From NCBI GenBank assembly GCA_050743625.1, contig JBOGED010000195.1, positions 1,643-65,642 of the forward strand: a stretch of 64,000 nucleotides of DNA, written 5' to 3'. A model generated the notes under the pieces. The model was not told the origin of the DNA. It did not search any database and saw only the letters and a program-made list of their open reading frames with translations. Below, in pieces: positions 36,165 through 44,356 of this stretch (position 1 is the first letter of the stretch; each line of letters begins with the position of its first letter). The translations under genes were made by a program, and so were the position numbers. The DNA comes from Egibacteraceae bacterium (GTDB lineage Bacteria; Actinomycetota; Nitriliruptoria; Euzebyales; Egibacteraceae).

Positions 36165-36955
36165 TCGTATCGCTGTACCTGTTCACGACAGCGTGGCTCG
36201 AGCGGTTCTTCCGCATCGTGAAGGCCTGCTTCGACGGGGTCTGGCTGGGAGTGCTGAGCAGGGAACGGCTGCACGCCATCGACGCCTTGTACTACCACCG
36301 GGAGAAGCGGTACGCCGACGAGGAGTACAACCGTGGCGGACTTTGGCCGTGGGAGCAGGCCGCGCTCGACCGGTTCTTCGTGGGCTGTACGCGTGTCGTG
36401 GTGACTGGCGCGGGGGGCGGCCGTGAGGTCCTCGCCCTGCGCAAGCTCGGCTACGACGCCATCGGGTTCGAATGCAACCCTCAGCTCGCCGCCATTGGCG
36501 ATCGGCTCCTGGCCTCCGAAGGCCAACCGGGGCGGCTCTCACCGGCGCCCCGGGACGCCTGGCCCGGCACGGCGGGTCCCTGCGACGGCGTCATCGTCGG
36601 CTGGGGGTCGTACATGCTCATCCAAGGGCGCGCGCACAGGGTGGAGTACCTGCAAGGGGCCCGAGCGTGCCTGCCCGAGGGTGCCCCGATCCTCGTCTCG
36701 TTCTTCGCGCGTGGTGGAACGCCGATCTCTCTGCGAATCGTGGCGGTGGTCGGGAGCGCCTTGCGAAAGGTTCGAGGTCAACCTCCCGTAGAGATGGGCG
36801 ACGCGCTCCAACGTAATTATGTGCATTACTTCACGAGAGCCGAGATCGTCGACGAGCTTGCCGAAGGTGGTTTTGCGCTCGAGTTTTACGACACGAAGGA
36901 CTACGGGGTTGCGATTGCTCGTGCGGTCAAGGGAGAGCGAGATGAGCATGATTAA
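36161..36955 (+). CDS. Class I SAM-dependent methyltransferase
   Basis: Motif I VVVTGAGGGREVLALRKLGYDAIGFECNP. Translationally coupled on both sides. Confidence 0.75.
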   Translation: MIVSLYLFTTAWLERFFRIVKACFDGVWLGVLSRERLHAIDALYYHREKRYADEEYNRGGLWPWEQAALDRFFVGCTRVVVTGAGGGREVLALRKLGYDAIGFECNPQLAAIGDRLLASEGQPGRLSPAPRDAWPGTAGPCDGVIVGWGSYMLIQGRAHRVEYLQGARACLPEGAPILVSFFARGGTPISLRIVAVVGSALRKVRGQPPVEMGDALQRNYVHYFTRAEIVDELAEGGFALEFYDTKDYGVAIARAVKGERDEHD

Positions 36956-37202
36956 GGTCCGTGACGGCGCCGCCGTGTGGCGCGAGATCGAGGGAGAAAC
37001 GATCCTGCTTGCGCTCAAGGCGTCTGTGTACCTAGGGCTTAACCACACAGGAACGATACTCTGGGAGACGATGGTCGGCGGGACGACCTCGGACAACCTC
37101 ACCGATCTCCTCGTAGCGCAATTCGCCATCGACCGCGAGGATGCGGCGTCGGACGTCGCCGCCTTTGTCGACGGATGCCGCGCACACGGATTGCTCGAGT
37201 AG
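36942..37202 (+). CDS. PqqD-family RiPP recognition protein (lasso B1-like)
   Basis: 86 aa: MSMIKVRDGAAVWREIEGETILLALKASVYLGLNHTGTILWETMVGG..DREDAASDVAAFVDGCRAHGLLE. This has the typical PqqD/RRE length and pattern. Confidence 0.8.
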   Translation: MSMIKVRDGAAVWREIEGETILLALKASVYLGLNHTGTILWETMVGGTTSDNLTDLLVAQFAIDREDAASDVAAFVDGCRAHGLLE

Positions 37203-37210
37203 CCGGCACC

Positions 37211-37651
37211 ATGGCGGCGCCCGCGGAGCGGTTGACAACGGTGAGGGTCCTGTTTACGGCATGCTCGGTAGAGATCGCGATCCGTGCGCTGCCGATTCCT
37301 CGCTTCGTTCGCCTACTCGGGGTCACGCTTGCCACTGACGAAGGCGGCATCCCCCCAGAGCCGGCGACCGCTCCCGCGCTGTCGACGTTCGACCCCATCG
37401 AGCGCCGCCGGATACGGGCAGTGCTACGGGTTATGCGGCGTTGGCCTTTCGGGCGAGGCTCTTGCCTGCGCCAAGCCCTGCTGCTCGGCCACTTCCTTCG
37501 CGCGCGCCACCCGGTATTGCATCTCGGGGTGGCGGGACGCGGTGAGGAGATGGCTGCCCACGCGTGGATCGCGGTGTCAGGCGTCACCATCGGCGGCCTG
37601 GAAGGGTTTCTCCCGCTGATCGGTCGAGCGGGCGGTGATGAGGCGGGATGA
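37211..37651 (+). CDS. Lasso peptide biosynthesis B2 protein (transglutaminase-like Cys protease)
   Basis: RRWPFGRGSCLRQALLLGHFLRARH..LHLGV....AAHAWIAVSG carries the catalytic Cys and His in the spacing typical of PF13471-type B2 proteins. Confidence 0.8.
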   Translation: MAAPAERLTTVRVLFTACSVEIAIRALPIPRFVRLLGVTLATDEGGIPPEPATAPALSTFDPIERRRIRAVLRVMRRWPFGRGSCLRQALLLGHFLRARHPVLHLGVAGRGEEMAAHAWIAVSGVTIGGLEGFLPLIGRAGGDEAG

Positions 37652-37658
37652 ACGCCGT

Positions 37659-37791
37659 ACTGTGCAGAGTTAGTCCGGTATACCGGACTAACTCTGCACA
37701 GTGCAGGATTAGGCCGGCTGGCGCCGTCACTGCTAAGGCGAAAGATCCGGCAAACCGGGCGACGTGTCGCCGATTCTCATCTCAGTGCAGG
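37659..37791. repeat. Composite family A hairpin plus family B unit inserted between the B2 and ABC genes
   Basis: CTGTGCAGAGTTAGTCCGGTATACCGGACTAACTCTGCACAGTGCAGG is followed by GATTAGGCCGGCTGGCGCCGTCACTGCTAAGGCGAAAGATCCGGCAAACCGGGCGACGTGTCGCCGATTCTCATCTCAGTGCAGGG. Confidence 0.8.
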
Positions 37792-37829
37792 GCTAGGGGT
37801 GGAACGCGATCCCATCCGGAGGGCTCCTT

Positions 37830-39653
37830 GTGAGCGCGCCCATCGACGAGCTTTTTGGGCCGGTGAGCCGTAAACCGATCAAGCGGCTGCCCAGGCTCGT
37901 CGGTCAGGCGGTGGTGCTGGTGTGGCGGGCCGCCCCACGCCAATTCGCGCTGTCCGTGGTCTCGCAGGTTGGCGCGGGCTTGGGGCTCGCCGGCCAGTTG
38001 CTCGCCGGGCGGCGGCTGCTGGCGAGCGTACTTGCTGGCCAAGGGCTCAACGCAGTGCTCGACGACCTGGTGTTGCTCACGATCTTCACCGCGCTCGTGT
38101 CCTTCGCGGGGATGGCCCGGACGGAGCAACAACGGATCTTGAGTGAACTCGTCGCGAAATACGCAACGAATAAGGTGATCGAGGTCGCTTCCGCTGTCGA
38201 CCTCATCGCCTATGACGATCCCCAGTTTCACGACCGCTTTCAACGCGCCCGCATGAATGCCGCCGTGCGCCCTCTCCAGATGGCGAGCGGTGTTCTCGGC
38301 GTGCTCAGCGCGACAGCTGCCATCGCGGGCATTAGCCTCGCCCTGTTCGCGCTTGAGCCGCTATTCCTTCTGCTCGTCCTGGTCGCCTACATCCCGGTGT
38401 GGCTCGCGACGGCGCGTGGAAGCAAGCTCATTCATGCCTTTTCAGTACAACAAACCGCGCGTGACCGTCGCCAGGCATACCTCTGTCACATCCTGACGGA
38501 GAAGGACGCCGCCAAGGAGATGCGGACGTTCGACCTCCATGTCCCTCTCCGGCGCCGGCACGATCAGCTCATCGACGAGAAGCTGACGTATCTGCGTTCG
38601 GTGACGCGGCGCCGACTCCTGCTCGGGCTGGTGGCGAACGTCGCGACCGCGGCACTGACCGCCGCGAGCCTCGCCGTGTTGGTGGGGTTCGTCACGACGG
38701 GGCGTCTTACGCTCGCCTCCGCGGGGGCCGCGGCCGGTGCCATCGTCTTGCTCGGCCAGCGGCTGCAGGCGTTGACCAGCGGCGCGGGAGCGATCTATGA
38801 GAGCGCGCTCTTCCTAGAGGACTTCACGGGTTTTGTCGACATAATGCCCGCATTGCGCGCCGCGCGGCCCACCGCCTTGCCCCCACGCTGGCGAGTCCTT
38901 CGCGCGGAGCACGTCAGCTTCCGCTATCCCGCGCGCCAAGAGCCGAGTCTCCGCGATGTCTCGATCGAGATCCGCGCAGGCCAGGTCGTCGCCCTCGTCG
39001 GCGAGAACGGTTCGGGAAAGACGACGCTTGCGAAGATCTTGGCAGGGCTCTATGCCCCCTCCTCGGGCAGCGTGACGCTCGACGGTGCCGACGCCCGCGC
39101 GGTGGACCCGGCGCGCTGGCGCGACAGCCTCGGCGTGCTGTTCCAAGACTTCATGCGCTACCACTTCTCCGCGGGAGAGAACATCGGCCTCGGCCGGCAC
39201 GAGCACAGCGATGATCAATCCAGGATCCACCGGGCCGGCCGCGAGGCCGGTGTGGACGAGATGGTCGCGCGGCTGGAGCACGGATACGACACGCTGCTTG
39301 GACCCGAGTTCTACGGGGGCAGCGACCTGTCCGGGGGCCAGTGGCAACGCCTTGCCCTCGCCCGCGTGTTCTTCAGGGACGCGCCATTCCTGATCCTCGA
39401 CGAGCCGACCGCCGCGCTCGACGCGCGCGCCGAGGCCGCGCTCTTCGAGCGCGTCCGCCTGCTGTCGCGCGGCCGTTCCGTGCTCCTCATCTCGCACCGA
39501 CTCGCGAGCGTCCGGTCCGCTGACCGCATCTATGTGCTCGCTCACGGGCGAGTCGTCGAACAGGGCACTCACGACGAGCTGATCGCGCAAGGAGGGCTGT
39601 ACGCCGAGCTATTCAAGCTTCAGGCGTCAGCCTATCTCGGCCAAAAAGCCTAA
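37830..39653 (+). CDS. ABC exporter, fused permease-ATPase (lasso D-type)
   Basis: TM domain followed by Walker A GENGSGKTT, signature LSGGQWQR and Walker B FLILDEPTAALD. Confidence 0.9.
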   Translation: MSAPIDELFGPVSRKPIKRLPRLVGQAVVLVWRAAPRQFALSVVSQVGAGLGLAGQLLAGRRLLASVLAGQGLNAVLDDLVLLTIFTALVSFAGMARTEQQRILSELVAKYATNKVIEVASAVDLIAYDDPQFHDRFQRARMNAAVRPLQMASGVLGVLSATAAIAGISLALFALEPLFLLLVLVAYIPVWLATARGSKLIHAFSVQQTARDRRQAYLCHILTEKDAAKEMRTFDLHVPLRRRHDQLIDEKLTYLRSVTRRRLLLGLVANVATAALTAASLAVLVGFVTTGRLTLASAGAAAGAIVLLGQRLQALTSGAGAIYESALFLEDFTGFVDIMPALRAARPTALPPRWRVLRAEHVSFRYPARQEPSLRDVSIEIRAGQVVALVGENGSGKTTLAKILAGLYAPSSGSVTLDGADARAVDPARWRDSLGVLFQDFMRYHFSAGENIGLGRHEHSDDQSRIHRAGREAGVDEMVARLEHGYDTLLGPEFYGGSDLSGGQWQRLALARVFFRDAPFLILDEPTAALDARAEAALFERVRLLSRGRSVLLISHRLASVRSADRIYVLAHGRVVEQGTHDELIAQGGLYAELFKLQASAYLGQKA

Positions 39654-39658
39654 AAGAA

Positions 39659-39692
39659 TGCAGCTTTCTTTCGTAGATGGAGGAAAGCTGCA
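39659..39692. terminator. Family C hairpin between the convergent ABC and precursor genes (likely bidirectional terminator)
   Basis: TGCAGCTTTCtttcgtagatgGAGGAAAGCTGCA, the same hairpin family as at 21689, 21751 and 60552. Confidence 0.5.
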
Positions 39693-39711
39693 TTTAGGTC
39701 TACGTGCGAAT

Positions 39712-39867
39712 TTATCCAGAAAGAAAGACTTGGGCCCCCACAAGCCCGTCGACCAGGCTGCTGAACTGGTCTTGGCCTCTCCCGATCTTGTTGAACGGCT
39801 GCTGGGCCGTCAGCTCATGCACTGACCCCAGCTCGACTATCCTTGGGGATTCGTACGAGATGGTCAT
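39712..39867 (-). CDS. Lasso-type RiPP precursor peptide (51 aa)
   Basis: MTISYESPRIVELGSVHELTAQQPFNKIGRGQDQFSSLVDGLVGAQVFLSG. The leader fits the Y-x-x-P-x-(L/I)-x-x-x-G-x5-T pattern of lasso leaders. It lies within a PqqD/B2/ABC/kinase neighbourhood. The longer track ORF (39903 start) adds 12 residues. Confidence 0.6.
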   Translation of the reverse strand: MTISYESPRIVELGSVHELTAQQPFNKIGRGQDQFSSLVDGLVGAQVFLSG

Positions 39868-39953
39868 AAGATCTTCTTTCTTCTCCGCTTGCTTCCCACC
39901 CAACGTTTACCCGCAATCGATAGACTATATCTCGCGAGCGAAGCGGGCAAGGC

Positions 39954-40847
39954 TTGTTGCGGGCGGGGACACCATTGCGAACAAGAGAACCGGTCGGGGC
40001 ATATGGGTTATCTCTCACGGGCCTCGACCATGCCGGTAGAGTTCTGCAACCGGCGCCGGCCGACTGGGAACCCATGCGAGTCATTCATAAAATCGGCGCG
40101 CCGGGCCGTGAAGGCGCTCGTTGCATGGTCGGGCGAGACCGGGCTGAGTGGCTCATACAAGATGGTCCGTCCATCGTCGTCGATCGGGCCACGGCATCAG
40201 TCGTGATCACCGCTTCCTCGCCGTTGCGTGTCGATGCGCTGGTGCATCCCTACCTCGCCTTTCCCGCGGCGGTGTCCAGCTACTGGGCTGGCCGCTGTTC
40301 GCTGCACGCCGGTGCGCTCGCCGTCGACGGGAAGGTATGGGCACTGGTAGGCCAGAAAGGAGGCGGGAAGAGCTCGACGCTTGGGTGGTTCGCGCAGCGG
40401 GGCCACAGCGTCGTCACCGACGATCTGCTCATCATCGACCACGGGCGTGCCCTCGCCGGTCCGCGATGTATCGACCTTCGTGAGGAGGCCTCCCGCGATC
40501 TGGGAGCAGGCGAGGATCTGGGTGTTATCGGCATGCGGACGCGGTTTCGCGTCCGGCTCGGTCCGGTCCCTCCATGTCTACCCCTTGCGGGCTGGATCTT
40601 TCTCTCATGGGCGGACAAGCTGCATGTGGAGGCCATCCCCCCTGGCGAGCTGCTCAGGAGGATCTTCGCCAATCAGGCGTTGAGCCTCATCCCTCCCGAT
40701 CCGCACGTGTACCTCGATCTCGCCTCGCTTCCCGCTTGGGCGGTAGGGCGGCCTCGACGGCTGGACGCGCTTCCCGCGGTTTCCCGGCGCATCCTTGACC
40801 TCATCCAAGAGTGTGCTGAGACAACCACGCAGACTGCAACAGGCTGA
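39954..40847 (+). CDS. HPr-kinase-related (HprK-like) P-loop kinase
   Basis: P-loop ALVGQKGGGKSSTLGWFAQRGHSVVTDDLLII resembles the HprK C-terminal domain. The start is uncertain. The 3' end overlaps the convergent AsnB-like gene. Confidence 0.65.
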   Translation: MLRAGTPLRTREPVGAYGLSLTGLDHAGRVLQPAPADWEPMRVIHKIGAPGREGARCMVGRDRAEWLIQDGPSIVVDRATASVVITASSPLRVDALVHPYLAFPAAVSSYWAGRCSLHAGALAVDGKVWALVGQKGGGKSSTLGWFAQRGHSVVTDDLLIIDHGRALAGPRCIDLREEASRDLGAGEDLGVIGMRTRFRVRLGPVPPCLPLAGWIFLSWADKLHVEAIPPGELLRRIFANQALSLIPPDPHVYLDLASLPAWAVGRPRRLDALPAVSRRILDLIQECAETTTQTATG

Positions 40848-41907
40848 GGGTGCGACCGTCTGGTGGGTTCGACGCCCAGGTCCGCCGGAGGGCGGCAACA
40901 TCGACCAGGGACGAGTCGATCCCCATGCCATCCCACGCGCGGATAAACTCCCGCGTCCGGGGACCCCATATGGCCTCGTCGAACGCTGCCTTCGAGCCGC
41001 GCGCCAGGACAGAGGAGGGCAGGAGGTCGGCGAAGAATCGCGTCATGACCGTCGTTCGGTCCTCGAAGCCGGCCGCCCCACCAGCTTTCGCGAACGCGGC
41101 GATGACGCTCGGTGCCATGAACGGGTTCCGGACGCGTACGTCGACGGGGGCGGCGAGCGTTTCGAGCGCGCGGACGCCCGCTTGGAAGTCGCGGCTGCGC
41201 CACCACGCGTCGAGGCCGCGATCCCAGCGCTGCGGCCAGCTCGCCTCCCAGGCGGCGAGCTCCCAGGAGGCCTCAGCGGCTGCCTTGGGCAAAAGCCAAG
41301 GCAGCGCATCCGCCTGCCTTCGGTAGGCCACCCGAGCGCGGATCCCGCGCGGTGACGCGGCGAGGATCAGGCGCGGGAGGTCGCGGGGGACCGGCCGGAC
41401 CCGCCCAGCCAGGAGCCTCGCGACCCGCGAGCCGCTCGACCCGAACATCTGGTCGCCACCGATCCCGGTGAGCAACGAGCCGCCGCGAGCACTCTCGAGG
41501 AGCGGGAGGTGCGCGTAGGCGTTGGGAGGAAACAGGAGCCCGTGGCGATCGAGCACACGCGTCGCGACGGGGCCGAGCGCCTCCAGCTCGCCACGGACCT
41601 CGATGCGGAGCCAGTCGACCAGGCCGAGATGCGCGACCACCAGCTCCTGCCACTCGGTCTCGTCCGTACCCGCGGCGTCGGGATACCGGAAGGTCGCGGG
41701 GACAGGGAGCGGCAGGCCCTCTCGCCGCGCCACGTCAACCGCGACCGCGAGGACCGTAGACGAGTCCCGGCCTCCAGAGAAGCTCACCAGGCAAGGCGGC
41801 CTGACCAGCGCCGATCGGACCACTTTCTGGACCGCGGTGATCGGGCTCTCCTCGACGGCGGCATGCCCGCGCAGCCTCGGCACGGTCGGATCGGTGCCGA
41901 TGAGCAT
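40801..41907 (-). CDS. Asparagine-synthetase-related PP-loop ATPase lacking the N-terminal glutaminase-like domain (short lasso-cyclase-like), copy 1
   Basis: The PP-loop motif VSFSGGRDSS lies only about 45 residues from the proposed start (ATG 41907). The track ORF start at 42024 lies inside a family A repeat and is rejected. It is a paralogue of 62857..64000. Confidence 0.7.
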   Translation of the reverse strand: MLIGTDPTVPRLRGHAAVEESPITAVQKVVRSALVRPPCLVSFSGGRDSSTVLAVAVDVARREGLPLPVPATFRYPDAAGTDETEWQELVVAHLGLVDWLRIEVRGELEALGPVATRVLDRHGLLFPPNAYAHLPLLESARGGSLLTGIGGDQMFGSSGSRVARLLAGRVRPVPRDLPRLILAASPRGIRARVAYRRQADALPWLLPKAAAEASWELAAWEASWPQRWDRGLDAWWRSRDFQAGVRALETLAAPVDVRVRNPFMAPSVIAAFAKAGGAAGFEDRTTVMTRFFADLLPSSVLARGSKAAFDEAIWGPRTREFIRAWDGMGIDSSLVDVAALRRTWASNPPDGRTLSLLQSAWLSQHTLG

Positions 41908-41956
41908 GCCGACGGCGATGTCGAGGGGACGCGGCTCGGGTCTCGCGACCCCGCAT

Positions 41957-42003
41957 CGTGCAGAGTTATGCCGGTGTACCGGCATAACTCTGCACAGTGC
42001 AGG
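41957..42003. repeat. Family A palindromic hairpin between the GT4 and AsnB-like genes
   Basis: CGTGCAGAGTTATGCCGGTGTACCGGCATAACTCTGCACAGTGCAGG. Confidence 0.8.
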
Positions 42004-42020
42004 AAAAAGCGGGGCGGGGC

Positions 42021-43160
42021 TCACCGACCATTGAGCACCTCGTCGTAGAGGTCCTCCAAGCGCCGGACGGCGTGGGCAATCCGGAAGCGCTTGGCGCTTT
42101 GCCGGGCCTGCGCCGCCATCTCGGCGCGCTGCCCGGGATCCCTCAACAGGCTGTCGATGGCGTTCGCCATGAGTGCTGGCTGGGCGGGTGGGACGAGGAG
42201 GCCTTCACGCCCGTCCGTGACGACCTCAGGGACGCCGCCCGTGGTGGTGGCGACGGCGGGTACGCCGGCCGCCAAGGCCTCTATGAGCGCCAGCGACAGG
42301 CCCTCGTAACGGGAGCTGATCACGAAGGCGTCGAACGCCGGCAGGATCTCCTGGACATCGTCGCGACAACCGGTGAACATCACGCGCTCGCCGATGCCGG
42401 CCGTGACGGCGTGAGCCCGCAGGCGTGCCTCAAGCGGCCCACTGCCGACCAGGACGAGACGCAGCCGTGGGTGATGGCCCGCCACCTGGCGCACGGCCTC
42501 GAGCATCGTGCGGTGGTCCTTGGCCGGGGTAAAGCTGCCGACCGCGCCGAGCACCACGTCGCCGTCGGCGAGCCCTAGCGTGCGGCGGGCGAGGGCGCGT
42601 GCCTCGGGTCCGCTCCGGACGAGCGCCTCGTCGATACCGTGATGCAGGACCTCGACGCTCGGCATCGAGACCCAGAACATCCACCGGGGCGGTCGGATCG
42701 AGTCCGCCACCCCCTGTGAGATGGCCACAACCGCGGCGTTCCGCCCGTACGTCGCCGCGTTGACCAGGTAGGTCGGCAACCGGTAGCGCGGCCACACGCT
42801 GTGCTCGGTATGCATGAGGATCGGGCCTGCCCGAGCGAGTGCGATCCGGGCAACGCTGGCGGGCAGCGGGCTATGGGTATGGACGACGCCGAAATCCCCT
42901 GTGCGCACGAGCCGGCGAAGGCGCCATACCCAGGAAAGGTCTGGCAGAACCCCACCCTCGAGGCAGTGGACGGCAAGGCCGCGACCGCGGATCTCCTCGA
43001 CGAACGCGCCCTGGTGGGGCAATAGGTAGGCGACCTCGACGTGGACGCGCTCGCGATCGAAATACGGGGCGGACGCGCTGATCAACCGCTCCATTCCTCC
43101 CCGTCCCAGGCCCTTGGTGAGCAGGAGCACACGTACCGGGCGGGCCCTCGTCATGGACAA
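42021..43160 (-). CDS. Glycosyltransferase family 4 (GT-B, RfaG-like)
   Basis: N-terminal VLLLTKGLGRGGMERL. The C-terminal motif EGLSLALIEALAAGVPAVATTTGGVPEVV is the typical E-x7-E region. Confidence 0.85.
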   Translation of the reverse strand: MSMTRARPVRVLLLTKGLGRGGMERLISASAPYFDRERVHVEVAYLLPHQGAFVEEIRGRGLAVHCLEGGVLPDLSWVWRLRRLVRTGDFGVVHTHSPLPASVARIALARAGPILMHTEHSVWPRYRLPTYLVNAATYGRNAAVVAISQGVADSIRPPRWMFWVSMPSVEVLHHGIDEALVRSGPEARALARRTLGLADGDVVLGAVGSFTPAKDHRTMLEAVRQVAGHHPRLRLVLVGSGPLEARLRAHAVTAGIGERVMFTGCRDDVQEILPAFDAFVISSRYEGLSLALIEALAAGVPAVATTTGGVPEVVTDGREGLLVPPAQPALMANAIDSLLRDPGQRAEMAAQARQSAKRFRIAHAVRRLEDLYDEVLNGR

Positions 43161-44356
43161 GGTGGAGCACCTTCACCCGAGGCATCACGGAGCGCCCGTG
43201 CGACCGGCTCCGCGTGAGCGTGGAGGCTCATGACGGCCTTGGCCAATCGGTCGATCTGCTCGTCCCTCATGTGTGACCAGAGAGGCAAGGAAAGTACGCG
43301 TGCGGCCGCATCCTCGGTGACCGGAAGCGGGCGGCGAGGTGGCTCGCCGGCATAGCACCGCTGCCGGTGGACGGGGGGATGGTAATAGCGTCGCGAGTCA
43401 ATCCCCTCGCGGCGCAACGCCACGCCGAGGGCTTCGGCGCCGAGCCCGAACCCGCCAGCTGAGATGAGCATGGTCATGTCCTTGAAGGTCGACACGTCGC
43501 CGGGATCGACTGCGGGGAAGGTGCATCCCGGCAGTCCGTGAACCGCGCTCCGGAAGCGCTCGACGAGCTCAGTGCGGCGAGACACCCGCGCATCCAGACC
43601 CCGCAAGGAGGCCAGCCCGATCGTCGCGTGCAGCTCTGACATCCGGGCGTTGAGCCCGGGGAACAGGCAGTCATAGTCGCCGGGATTCCCGTAGTCCCGT
43701 CCAAGACGCACCGTCTCCGCGAGCCCGCCGTCGTTCGTGGCGACCAACCCACCCTCACCGGCGACGACGACCTTCGTCGGGCTCAGGCTGAAGACCTCCG
43801 CTGTCCCGAACCCGCCGATCGCTCGCTGGCGACGCCGGCTGCCGAGGGCGTGCGCCGCGTCGTAGACCAGCGGGAGCCGGGCCGCGTCAGCCTGCCTCTG
43901 CAAGCCCTCGACGTCGCAGGGGGTCCCGTAGAGATGCACCGCCATGATCGCGCTCGCTCCACCGGCGCCGAGCGCCGCCGATGCGGGATCCAGCGTGAGC
44001 GTCTCCGGGTCGATATCCGCCCAGTCCGGGCTGCCGCCCGCCCAGCGGATCGCATGTGCGGTCGCCGAGAACGTGAAGCTGGGTACCACCACACGGCCCC
44101 AGGCGTTCACGGCTTGCAGGACGAGCATAAGCCCTGCGGTGCAGCTCGAGGTGGCCACCACATGGCGGACGCTGAGATAGGCGGCGGCCGTCTCCTCAAG
44201 CCGGCGGACGACCGGGCCGTTGGTGAGCATGCCGCTGGCGAGAACCGATTCGAGCGCTCGGGCAATGCTCGGCACGTCCTGGATCGCCGGGCGAACGAGG
44301 GGGAGGCCCTCTGGGAAGGCAGGATCACCGCCGAGGATCACTGGGCGGCGCGTCAT
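43151..44356 (-). CDS. DegT/DnrJ/EryC1/StrS-family PLP-dependent sugar aminotransferase (PglE-like)
   Basis: The proposed start MTRRPVILGGDPAFPEG (ATG 44356) overlaps the upstream stop codon (ATGA). The PLP-lysine region reads FSLSPTKVVVAGEGG. The 108 upstream residues of the track ORF are rejected. Confidence 0.85.
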   Translation of the reverse strand: MTRRPVILGGDPAFPEGLPLVRPAIQDVPSIARALESVLASGMLTNGPVVRRLEETAAAYLSVRHVVATSSCTAGLMLVLQAVNAWGRVVVPSFTFSATAHAIRWAGGSPDWADIDPETLTLDPASAALGAGGASAIMAVHLYGTPCDVEGLQRQADAARLPLVYDAAHALGSRRRQRAIGGFGTAEVFSLSPTKVVVAGEGGLVATNDGGLAETVRLGRDYGNPGDYDCLFPGLNARMSELHATIGLASLRGLDARVSRRTELVERFRSAVHGLPGCTFPAVDPGDVSTFKDMTMLISAGGFGLGAEALGVALRREGIDSRRYYHPPVHRQRCYAGEPPRRPLPVTEDAAARVLSLPLWSHMRDEQIDRLAKAVMSLHAHAEPVARALRDASGEGAPPCP

